Made by a program: the position numbers and the translations under genes. Below the pieces are notes generated by a model that was not told the DNA's origin, did no database searches, and saw nothing but the letters and a program-made list of their open reading frames with translations. A stretch of DNA of 63,357 bases, the filler included, from Candidatus Zapsychrus exili (lineage in GTDB: Bacteria > Omnitrophota > Gorgyraeia > Zapsychrales > Zapsychraceae), in NCBI GenBank assembly GCA_030765585.1. It is 5 parts of 5 records of this genome, joined end to end, with 100 filler letters (N's around TTAATTAATTAA, not from the genome) between each part and the next. Parts side by side here need not be neighbours in the genome. Positions count along the whole stretch, not along the records: positions 1 to 27,590 come from JAVCCJ010000027.1; 4 more parts are not named here. One strand, given 5' to 3'. Positions 1 through 9,074 of the stretch are shown here, in pieces; position 1 is the first letter of the stretch, and the number at the start of each line of letters is the position of its first letter.

Positions 1-1185
1 ACTTTAGATGAATTTTACAAATCAATGTTTAAGACTAAAGATGCTCGAATAGAAATAGTAAATTTCTATTTAAATTATCAGCCAATATCTGCTGAACTTA
101 GGAATATCTTGACTGGCGCTCTTGACGTTCTAGAAAATATCCCTAAAGAAGGCGATCAATACATACTAAAGCTAGATGACACAAAGAATATTAGTCTCGA
201 CTTATCATACGAAATAAACGAACTTAAAAAAGACCTGTTCTTTCTAGATAACTCCGCAGAAAGCTTCTATGCGCACTTATCCGAATTGCACAATAATTTT
301 AATGCACAAGTAAACGAAACAACAGAAAAGCTAAGAGGCATTGCATTTAAAAACTTTATCACTGATAGGGATGGCACTGTTAATAATTATTGCGGCAGAT
401 ATGTATCCTCTATACAATCTATATACAATGCAGTATTTTTAACTCGCTTTGCAAATAAAGACACAATAAATTCAATAATTCTCACCTCTGCCCCTCTTGA
501 TAATATAGGTCTAGCTGATATAAGTGTTACACAAAAGAATATGTTTATTTATGCTGGCTCTAAAGGGCGTGAGTACTTTGACAAACAAGGTGCTCGCCAT
601 TGTTTTCCTATAGAAGAAAAGAAGCAAAGAAAACTAACAGAATTAAACTCAAAATTATCTGACTTAGTAAAAACTCCGGAATACAAGATGTTTTCGCTAA
701 TAGGTTCTGGCTTGCAATTTAAATTTGGACAAACAACAATAGCTCGTCAAGACATTACAAACTCAATACTTGCGAAAGATTCTAACAATTTCCTTGAACT
801 AATTGAACGTTTAGTAGATAAACTTGATCCTCAAAAAGAACTCTTTAAAATTGAAGATACAGGCAAGGACATTGAGATAATTCTTACCATTGATAGCAAT
901 GATAAAAACGAACAAGCAAAAGACTTTGATAAGGGTGATGGAATCAATTTTCTAAATGACAGCCTTAATCTTAAACTAAAAGATGGTCCAAATCTTATTT
1001 GTGGAGACACTTCATCAGATGTTCCAATGGTAGAAGCTTCCATGGCAAAAACAAATAACACTAACTCAGTATTTGTTACAACAAACGATGAATTAAAAGC
1101 AAAGGTTAGCGCTGCTTGTCCAAATGCCATGTTTGTCGATACTCCTGATGTTCTTATCGCCGCATTAAATAATCTTGGAAAATAA
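1..1185 (+). CDS. HAD-family trehalose-6-phosphate phosphatase-like protein (T6PP N/C type), probably 5'-partial
   Basis: HAD motif I (FITDRDGT), LTSAPL, and GDTSSDVPM motif IV; frame is open from base 1 (TLDEFYKSM...), so the start is probably upstream of the window. Confidence 0.7.
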   Translation, partial: TLDEFYKSMFKTKDARIEIVNFYLNYQPISAELRNILTGALDVLENIPKEGDQYILKLDDTKNISLDLSYEINELKKDLFFLDNSAESFYAHLSELHNNFNAQVNETTEKLRGIAFKNFITDRDGTVNNYCGRYVSSIQSIYNAVFLTRFANKDTINSIILTSAPLDNIGLADISVTQKNMFIYAGSKGREYFDKQGARHCFPIEEKKQRKLTELNSKLSDLVKTPEYKMFSLIGSGLQFKFGQTTIARQDITNSILAKDSNNFLELIERLVDKLDPQKELFKIEDTGKDIEIILTIDSNDKNEQAKDFDKGDGINFLNDSLNLKLKDGPNLICGDTSSDVPMVEASMAKTNNTNSVFVTTNDELKAKVSAACPNAMFVDTPDVLIAALNNLGK

Positions 1186-1186
1186 T

Positions 1187-1229
1187 AAAAAAATAGCGAC
1201 TCGCCCATAGGACAAGCCGCTACCTTTTT
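1187..1229. terminator. Probable bidirectional intrinsic terminator between convergent genes
   Basis: TAGCGAC...GCCGCTA imperfect stem flanked by A-run and T-run. Confidence 0.5.
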
Positions 1230-1249
1230 AAAAATTTCTATTTTCTTTA

Positions 1250-4200
1250 TTAGTCTACCACTACCACTTCACCTTCTAATTGATCACGATATTTTTGCAG
1301 TTCCTCTTCATCGTACATAAGACCTTCTTTAAAATTACCGTAATTAAGCATTTTTATTTCATACTTAAGATCATCTATTTGCTTATCTTTTTCTGCAATT
1401 GTTTTCTTCATCTTACTTACATCTTGTTTTAACCCTTCTACTTCCAACTTAAACATATTTTCTTTTTCTTTAGAAGATGATATAAGAGCATCTTTTTTAT
1501 TAATTGCTCTTTTAAGCTTCTCTATTTCCGAATCTTTTGCGTTTAATTGTTTCTTTAAGAGAGCTAGCTCAGAATTTAATTTTCTTATAGTGCCTAAAGC
1601 CTCCACAAGTTGTTTTTCTAAAGAAGCTATTTTGTCGTTTAACTCTTTTATTCGAGTTTCATATTTAGCTTTACTATTGAGCATCTCTTGCTCTTTTGCA
1701 AAAACTTTATTTTCTAATTGCTTTATCTTGCTGTTTTTGCCTCTCACTTCAGCCTCAAGACTCAATACTTGTCTTCCTAAAGCATCCTTTTCTTCTTTGC
1801 AAACCCTATCTACATCAGATAATTGAGACTTCAAGTCAGCAACAGTTTTCTGGCTATTGGCCAGTTGATCCCTCAAAGAATCTATTTGACCATTTAAACC
1901 TTCAATTTGACCATTAAGAACACCTCTTACACTCTCAATTTCCCCTATCTTTGCAGCCAAGTCCTTCTTAAGACCACTTATCGCGTTGTCTTTATCTTGA
2001 ATCGTTTTCTCTAAATCAGCGATTCGTTCTTTGCAAACACCTTGCTCTTCTTTACAAGCCGTATTCGCATCTGACAATTTAGCCTTAAGGCCAGCAATAA
2101 TTTCTTGACTATCAGCTAATTGTTTTTTTAATGAGTCTATTTGATTATTAAACGCGCCGTTTGTACCGTCTAATTCTCTTACTTTTGCGACTATGTCTTT
2201 TTCAAGCCTATTTGCTTCGCTATTCTTTCCTGCAATAACTTTTTCTAGTTCAGAAATCTGCTTTCTTAGAGCATCTTTCTCATCGCTATATGCCTTACTT
2301 TTATTCGATAAATCATCCTTAAGGCCAGCAATAATTTCTTGACTATCGGCTAATTGTTTTTTTAATGAGTCTATTTGATCATTAAACGAGCCCTTTGCGC
2401 CGTCTAATTCTCTTGTTTTTACGATTATATCTTTTTCAAGTTTATTTGCTTCGCTATTCTTTCCTGCAATAACTTTTTCTAGTTCAGAAATCTGCTTTCT
2501 TAGAGCATCTTTCTCATCGCTATATGCCTTACTTTTATTCGATAAATCATCCTTAAGGCCATCTATTCTATTGTTTAGACTGTTTTCTTTTCTTTGGAAA
2601 CTTTCTTTTAAATCAGCTAATTTACGCTCCAAACTTTCAACTAAAGCTGTTGCAGAAGAAGCATTGTTCTTTTCTTTATTAAGTTCCGCTGTTAAACCTT
2701 TTGTTTTTTCCTTACATTCTCTTTTAGCTCTTGCTAGCTCAGCTTCAAGCTCTTTTATCCTTTTAGAACTCGGAACTTGTTTGCTTTTCTCTTTTGCTAA
2801 TTGAGTCTTTAAGTCTTCTATTTCGCTTTTTAAACTAGCGATAGCATTATCTTTTGATACTAAACTTGAACTAAGATCGTTTATCTTAACATTAAGAGAG
2901 TAAACATCGCTCTTAAGAGAAGCTATCACTCCATCTGCATCTTCACGCATTTTGGTTTTTTCTTCAAGTAACAATTTAAGAGAAGTTATCTCAACGCTTA
3001 GCTTATCTTTTTCTTCTTTTAATTCTTGATTTTCATTTGCTAATGTTTGACTCTTTAATAAAAGATCTTGCTCTTTTTTTGCAAAATCTAAAGAAGCCTC
3101 ATCTATTTCCTTATTCTTCTCTTTTAACTGTTTTGCAAGGTCATCTATTTTCATCTCTAAGGTCTTAACAACGTCCTCATCGCCAAGTATTTCTTGATTC
3201 TTTTGAGCTATCTGCCCTTCCAGCCCTAATATATTATCTGAATATGCTGCAAGCTCATTTTCTAATACACTTATCTTAATCTCATAATCTATTTTTTGTT
3301 TTTCTAAAGAAGCGATAGCGTCTTTCATTTGATCGTTCAGCAACGCTATATCATTTTCTGAATCTTTTAAAGCAACATCTTTTTCATCAAGGCTTTGTTT
3401 TAAATCAACTATTTGCGCATCAAGTATAGCTGCTTTATCTTTAAAAACCTTTAATTGCGCATCACTGCTTATATTTTGTTTTTCTAGAAAAGCTATTTTT
3501 TCTTTAAGCAGCTTAAGTTCTTGTTCAAACTTCTGTTTTGCAATAGCAAATCTTTTGCCAAATATATCTTCAGCGCTAACACTTGTATCATCTAATTGCT
3601 TTTCAAGCAAAGATACATTACTTAAAGCACTTTTAAGACTTGTCTGGCTTATAGCGTATTCCTGTTTTAAATTAAAATACTCACTTTGACTTTTTAATGC
3701 GCCTTCTGTTAAACTCACTATTTGCGTATCTTTTTGCTTATTTTGTCCTTCAAGCAAAGCTACCTTTTGATTTAGCCAATCAATTTCGCCTTGTATTTTT
3801 ATTGCTTTTAAAGTATATTCTTTGTCCAAATGCATTAATTCTGCCGAAAGAAGCGCATTTTCTTTTTCTTTCGCATCTATTTTTCCTTCCAACAAAGCAA
3901 CCATATCTCTATACTTATCTAAATCGTCATTTAAAACTAATGAGCTTTCATCATATTTACTAAGCGATATATTAGCTCCTTTAAGATCAAATTTAGCGTT
4001 AGATAACTTTTTTTCTAGTGCTGCTAAAATATCTTCATAACCTAATGCATCATCTTCATTGCTATCAAATTTGGCACGAAGTTTAGCTAATTCAGAGGAC
4101 AGGTTGTCATTTCTACTTTCTGCGGAATTTAAATCTTTTAATGCTTGTTCAAGCGCATCTTCCTTGATCTTTAAGTTAACCAAAGAATCTTTTAACTCTT

Positions 4201-5341
4201 TGCTTAGATCATTTAAGCCTTCTTCAGATGCTAAAATATCATTGTTCAGCTTTAATATTTCTTCATCTTTACCTGTAAGTTTACCCGCAAACATAGACGC
4301 CTTAGAAAGTTCTCCATCTTTTAAAAGAAGTGATTGTTCTTTTTCTGATAATTTTTGCCTTAAATCAGCCACCTTGTCTTCTGCTCTCGCAAGTCTTTTC
4401 TTTAAATCATCAATTTCATATATCCTATCTTTTGCATCAGCATTCGTATCTCTTAATTGCGATTTTATTTCCCTTAGAACGTTTTCCATTTCTTCTATAC
4501 GATTATTTGCATCTTCTAAATCTTTATTTTTTGACATCAAACTTGTTCTAGCGCCTATAAGGTCGCCTTTAAGGCCATCTATATCTTCTTGATTTGCTAA
4601 AAGCGCATCTTTTTCTTTTATTGCTTTATTTAAAGCGAGTAACTTTTCAACAAGAGAATCAACCTTGCCCTCTAGTCCATCTATACTATCTTGCTTAGTT
4701 TTATTACCTTCTTTTTCTTTTATCAGTAAATTCCTTAAATAACCTATCTCATCTGCCATTTTCTTCTTTAAAAGTCGTGCTGCATTATTGGACTCATCTT
4801 CCATTTTACGTATTATTTCATTCTTCTGCCTTAAAAGCTCTTCAAAGTGAAATTCTGAATTAGATGCTTTTTCATCAAGACTAGCTATTTTATTCTTATT
4901 TGACTTTAACTCTCTTGTTTTTTGTTCTAACTCTATTCTAAGACTTGTAAAATCTTCCTTCAGAATAAGTATCTTTTTGTCTCTATCAACAAGACTGGCT
5001 TCAATTCTTGCAAGTATTGACTTAAGCTCATTAAAGTTTACATTTGAACCCTTTTTAAGCAGTTCGCGTCCAAGTTCATCAATAAAATATTCCAATTGGC
5101 TAATGACCCTAAAAAGAGCTTTATTATGCCTTGTGAAATCTACCATTTTCTCTTGATAGTCTTCAATTTCAGATATTATTACAGCAGAACACGAGCTTGT
5201 TGTCTCTATGCTTCTAGTATTAGTGGTTAAAGCATGTGCGGGAATGCACAAAAATAAAAGTGCAAAAGAAGTTAAACAAAATATTAAACACAGTTTACTC
5301 AAGTTTTTCAAAGAAAGTTCTTTCATTGGTAGGTTCTCCAT
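1250..5341 (-). CDS. Large secreted/membrane-anchored coiled-coil protein (1363 aa)
   Basis: N-terminal hydrophobic signal ending AHA; continuous heptad-rich K/E/L sequence; no Walker motifs, so not SMC. Confidence 0.75.
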   Translation of the reverse strand: MENLPMKELSLKNLSKLCLIFCLTSFALLFLCIPAHALTTNTRSIETTSSCSAVIISEIEDYQEKMVDFTRHNKALFRVISQLEYFIDELGRELLKKGSNVNFNELKSILARIEASLVDRDKKILILKEDFTSLRIELEQKTRELKSNKNKIASLDEKASNSEFHFEELLRQKNEIIRKMEDESNNAARLLKKKMADEIGYLRNLLIKEKEGNKTKQDSIDGLEGKVDSLVEKLLALNKAIKEKDALLANQEDIDGLKGDLIGARTSLMSKNKDLEDANNRIEEMENVLREIKSQLRDTNADAKDRIYEIDDLKKRLARAEDKVADLRQKLSEKEQSLLLKDGELSKASMFAGKLTGKDEEILKLNNDILASEEGLNDLSKELKDSLVNLKIKEDALEQALKDLNSAESRNDNLSSELAKLRAKFDSNEDDALGYEDILAALEKKLSNAKFDLKGANISLSKYDESSLVLNDDLDKYRDMVALLEGKIDAKEKENALLSAELMHLDKEYTLKAIKIQGEIDWLNQKVALLEGQNKQKDTQIVSLTEGALKSQSEYFNLKQEYAISQTSLKSALSNVSLLEKQLDDTSVSAEDIFGKRFAIAKQKFEQELKLLKEKIAFLEKQNISSDAQLKVFKDKAAILDAQIVDLKQSLDEKDVALKDSENDIALLNDQMKDAIASLEKQKIDYEIKISVLENELAAYSDNILGLEGQIAQKNQEILGDEDVVKTLEMKIDDLAKQLKEKNKEIDEASLDFAKKEQDLLLKSQTLANENQELKEEKDKLSVEITSLKLLLEEKTKMREDADGVIASLKSDVYSLNVKINDLSSSLVSKDNAIASLKSEIEDLKTQLAKEKSKQVPSSKRIKELEAELARAKRECKEKTKGLTAELNKEKNNASSATALVESLERKLADLKESFQRKENSLNNRIDGLKDDLSNKSKAYSDEKDALRKQISELEKVIAGKNSEANKLEKDIIVKTRELDGAKGSFNDQIDSLKKQLADSQEIIAGLKDDLSNKSKAYSDEKDALRKQISELEKVIAGKNSEANRLEKDIVAKVRELDGTNGAFNNQIDSLKKQLADSQEIIAGLKAKLSDANTACKEEQGVCKERIADLEKTIQDKDNAISGLKKDLAAKIGEIESVRGVLNGQIEGLNGQIDSLRDQLANSQKTVADLKSQLSDVDRVCKEEKDALGRQVLSLEAEVRGKNSKIKQLENKVFAKEQEMLNSKAKYETRIKELNDKIASLEKQLVEALGTIRKLNSELALLKKQLNAKDSEIEKLKRAINKKDALISSSKEKENMFKLEVEGLKQDVSKMKKTIAEKDKQIDDLKYEIKMLNYGNFKEGLMYDEEELQKYRDQLEGEVVVVD
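2083..2560. repeat. Intragenic tandem duplication, 234-bp (78-aa) unit
   Basis: CCTTAAGGCC recurs at 2083, 2317 and 2551; two near-identical GLKDDLSNKSKAYSDEK...SQEIIA units. Confidence 0.9.
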
Positions 5342-5507
5342 AGTTATGTAAAATATACAGGTTATTGTAAATCGTGGCTGGATTTATAATGCAGTAATAT
5401 AAATATTCTTTATTACACTGTTCAATGAGTATACCGTTTTTTAAAATAGTGTCAAGAAATATATATCTAGGGGATATGGGCGTAAAAACACATCAAATAA
5501 GCACTTT

Positions 5508-5729
5508 TTATTGCGCGGATAAAATATCTTTTATTTTATAAATATCATTAAAAATGCATATCAGCCTATTATGAACCTCTTTTGAATCTATCTCGCTTAG
5601 TCCAGCACTACAATTGTCACACTTCTCTAATAGCGTTTCAGAAAAGTCTTTATGTAACTCTACTCTTAACGTCTCCATAGCCTCAACTAGGATCTGATTT
5701 TTAAGTATACAACATGTTCTTTTTCCCAT
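5508..5729 (-). CDS. Small hypothetical protein
   Basis: 73-aa ORF with GGAGG RBS upstream; CxxC. Confidence 0.55.
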   Translation of the reverse strand: MGKRTCCILKNQILVEAMETLRVELHKDFSETLLEKCDNCSAGLSEIDSKEVHNRLICIFNDIYKIKDILSAQ

Positions 5730-5829
5730 TCTTTTTCCTCCAAATTATGACATATAAAAAATCTACTACTAGCATAACACAAACAAGCAGCACTGCTAAT
5801 ATTTTATAATCTTTAATATATGTTCTGTC

Positions 5830-6699
5830 CTACAAGCCTCTAAAAATTTCATCCCGAAGTTTAACATTGCCATCAATAGCTAGTTTAAGCATATTGAGTA
5901 GCTTTTCCTTATCTTTTGGAAATCTTCCCTCTAAAGACAAGTAGTTTGAAGCATGATTTGAGCGAAATATAGTTTTGTTTAACTCAAGCCCTTTTATGAT
6001 ATCATAAGCTTCACGCACAAGCTCTGTAGAATTTAATTCTTTAAATTTACCTGTTTCCGCTTGTTTATACAGCGGTGTATCCTTAATTAACATAAGTGAT
6101 AGAAAAGACAAATATCTTGGTTGCATTTTATTAAGCGCTTCTATTGTATCTCTTACGTGAACATCAGAACATTGCACTCCGCCTAAACCTAAAAGCACAA
6201 TAACAGACGATTTTATATTTGCATCATCTGCCATTCTAACCGCTTCTATCATCTCCTCTACGCTTGAGCGCTTCTTACAGGCATCTAAAACCTTTTGACT
6301 ACCACTTTCAAGCCCCATATAGATTAAGTTTAAATTATGATTTCTTAATTCTCTTAATTCGTCGCTCGTTCTTTTTGTAATATTATAACCATTTGCATAA
6401 CTTGCAATACGACTAAGTTTGAGGAAGCTTTTATTTATAAGTTTTAAAATAGGAACAAGTCTCTTGTTGTTTAGTGCTAAGGCATCTCCGTCGAGTAGGA
6501 ATATTTTCCTAACATCAGGATAAAGATCTGCAGCCTCTTTTATATCATATTCTATATCAGACTCCTCCATCACACCAAACGGCTTATTAGCATACGCACC
6601 ACAAAAAGTGCAAGTATTTGAAGAGCATCCTACAGTTATTTGTAAAAGCAAACTATTTGCTTCAGATGGGGGTCTAATTATTGGCTGGATAAGCAGCAT
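5830..6699 (-). CDS. Radical SAM protein
   Basis: GCSSNTCTFC cysteine triad, GLESG and RSNHASNYL motifs. Confidence 0.9.
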   Translation of the reverse strand: MLLIQPIIRPPSEANSLLLQITVGCSSNTCTFCGAYANKPFGVMEESDIEYDIKEAADLYPDVRKIFLLDGDALALNNKRLVPILKLINKSFLKLSRIASYANGYNITKRTSDELRELRNHNLNLIYMGLESGSQKVLDACKKRSSVEEMIEAVRMADDANIKSSVIVLLGLGGVQCSDVHVRDTIEALNKMQPRYLSFLSLMLIKDTPLYKQAETGKFKELNSTELVREAYDIIKGLELNKTIFRSNHASNYLSLEGRFPKDKEKLLNMLKLAIDGNVKLRDEIFRGL

Positions 6700-6778
6700 A
6701 AAACAACTCTATCATATATGCAAAATATATCAAATAAAGAAAGGTAGTACCTTCCTTATAACTTAATTACCACACCTG

Positions 6779-8674
6779 TTACTTCTTTTGTGTAAACAAA
6801 GACACAATAACAATCGTTGCAAAACTTAATGGCATTGATATTATTCCTGGATTGCTAAAAGGTATTAATGCTGTCGCTGGATCAAGTCCGTAACGAACAT
6901 ACATACTTGGCGACATAAGAATTATTCCCAAAGCTGAAACAATACCTACAGCAATTGACCAAACAATACCCGCCGCTGTTGTCTTTTTCCAAAATAATAC
7001 CATCATAATAGCCGGCAAATTAGCAGATGCTGCAACAGCAAATGCCCAACCAACTAAAAATGATACATTCATGCCCTTAAAAAGTATGCCAAGCACAATT
7101 GCAATCATCCCTACAACAACTGCTGCAATCTTACCTGCGACAACCTTTTGTTTATCTGTTTTTATAATACCAGCAAAATGAGTTAAAAGGTCATGCGCTA
7201 CCGCACCTGATGCGGCAACAATAAGACCACTCACAGTCCCCAATACAGTCGCAAAAGCAATTGCTGATATCATAGAGAACAAAAATACTCCAAATGATTT
7301 CGCAAGCAATGGCGCTGACATATTACTTGTTGTTACATTTAAAACTCCATTTGCCATTGCACCTAACCCCATAAAAAGGGTGAGTATATAAAAGAATCCT
7401 ATTGCTGCAATTGCAACAATGGTAGACTTTCTAGCATCAGCAGGAGTTTTAACTGTGTAATAACGAATAAGAATATGCGGTAAAGCCGCGGTACCAAAGA
7501 ACAATGCGAGCATTAGAGAAACAAAATCAAGCTTCTCTAAAGGCGTGCCCTCAACTTTAAACTTCAAGCCTGGACGCATTATCTTATTTCCTGGCGTTTC
7601 AACAGAATAATAGACATTAACCTTATCTTCGCCATCGGCGAATGTTGCTTTTTTCCATCTTTTAACTACCGTATCTTTATCAGCAAAGTTAGACAAAAAC
7701 GCAAATGGACTTAACTTGCCTGTTTTAGCTTCCTCACCTGTCTTGCCTTTTATCTTTGTAAGATTTCCAACCTGACGAAGCTGATTATCTTTTGATGCAA
7801 GCTTACCATTGATAATAAGCGTTTCATCTACGGATAAAACCTCCGACTGAGTTTCTTCTAAAGTAATACTGCCATCTTCTTCTGTTGCTTCAAGCCACCA
7901 AGTTTCAATACCATCTTTTGAAAGCTCTACAAATGTCTTACCCTTAAGTTCCGCCTGACCAACATTTTCATAAGATGAATCCTGAGGAACAATTGTGTCA
8001 TTCTTTAATGTAGACTCAAGGCTTACATATTTATAAAACGGAACTCTCCCCCCCTGATCAGGCTCAGTATTTAAACCTCGCATAAAAAGAGAGATACAAA
8101 GAATGGTTGAAAAAACTATTAAAAGTGATCCTTTTAAAAACTGAACATAAGTAGTAGATGCCATGCCAGCTGTTGCAACAATAGTAATAACTATTGCACC
8201 TACCATAATAACTCCTACAAAATGAGGAAGCCCTAAGAGAGGCGTAACTAAAACACCTGCGCCTACCATTTGAGGTATAAGATAAAAAATAGATACAACA
8301 AGCGTACTTATTGCTGCAGCCAACCTTACACCTTTTGAATTAAATTTTGAGTCAAGTGCGTCGGCAAAAGTATACTTTCCCATACGCTTTAATGGCTCTG
8401 CTACAACAAAAAGAGCAACTATCCAACCTGCCAAATATCCTATTGAATAAAGAAAGCCATCATAACCAACAACTGCTATCATTCCGCAGATACCTAAAAA
8501 AGACGCGGCTGACAAATAGTCACCGGCAAATGCAATGCCATTTACCGCCCAATGTATCTTTCCGCCTGCAGCAAAGTATCCCTTCGAGCCTGTTGTCTGT
8601 TTAGAAAAATAAAATGAAAAAAAAAGAACAACACCTACAAAAAATATGAATAGAAGAATAGGCAATATAGACAC
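6779..8674 (-). CDS. actP: Cation/acetate symporter (SSS family, ActP-like) with large extracytoplasmic insertion
   Basis: GDYLSAASFLG, GTAALPHILIRYYTV motifs; adjacent DUF485 gene. Confidence 0.85.
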   Translation of the reverse strand: MSILPILLFIFFVGVVLFFSFYFSKQTTGSKGYFAAGGKIHWAVNGIAFAGDYLSAASFLGICGMIAVVGYDGFLYSIGYLAGWIVALFVVAEPLKRMGKYTFADALDSKFNSKGVRLAAAISTLVVSIFYLIPQMVGAGVLVTPLLGLPHFVGVIMVGAIVITIVATAGMASTTYVQFLKGSLLIVFSTILCISLFMRGLNTEPDQGGRVPFYKYVSLESTLKNDTIVPQDSSYENVGQAELKGKTFVELSKDGIETWWLEATEEDGSITLEETQSEVLSVDETLIINGKLASKDNQLRQVGNLTKIKGKTGEEAKTGKLSPFAFLSNFADKDTVVKRWKKATFADGEDKVNVYYSVETPGNKIMRPGLKFKVEGTPLEKLDFVSLMLALFFGTAALPHILIRYYTVKTPADARKSTIVAIAAIGFFYILTLFMGLGAMANGVLNVTTSNMSAPLLAKSFGVFLFSMISAIAFATVLGTVSGLIVAASGAVAHDLLTHFAGIIKTDKQKVVAGKIAAVVVGMIAIVLGILFKGMNVSFLVGWAFAVAASANLPAIMMVLFWKKTTAAGIVWSIAVGIVSALGIILMSPSMYVRYGLDPATALIPFSNPGIISMPLSFATIVIVSLFTQKK

Positions 8675-8685
8675 TATTCGCCTCC

Positions 8686-8973
8686 TTATTCTTTAGGATT
8701 TAATTCATCCTCTTTCTTTGAACACATAGTTGTATAAATTAAAGCAAGGACAAGGGCAAATATGATCAGTCCAAATCCATAAACAACCGCTAAATTAAGT
8801 CCTAAAAAAATTGTTTTTTCCATTAAAATAGGATTGGTAAGGTTAATAACAACAAATCCGGCATAAATAAGAGCATACAAAATAAACATAAATACTCCCA
8901 AACGCATTTTGTAGTCTTCTGCATTATCCGGACCTGAAACTTCTGCAGGTTCATGTAACATTTTGTTCTCCAA
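8686..8973 (-). CDS. DUF485 small membrane partner of ActP
   Basis: Two TM helices, directly upstream of actP. Confidence 0.8.
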   Translation of the reverse strand: MENKMLHEPAEVSGPDNAEDYKMRLGVFMFILYALIYAGFVVINLTNPILMEKTIFLGLNLAVVYGFGLIIFALVLALIYTTMCSKKEDELNPKE

Positions 8974-9074
8974 TGTTATGATTAATAATATTTTACTTAG
9001 TTATTATTATATAACACTTCTAAGAATAAGAAATTAGATAATGAATTATATTGGTTGAAATTTTAGGAAGAAAA

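Noticed and set aside
831..4592. Many short antisense ORFs overlapping the T6PP-like and coiled-coil genes
   Set aside because: Shadow ORFs (S/F/L-rich mirror translations) opposite well-supported genes
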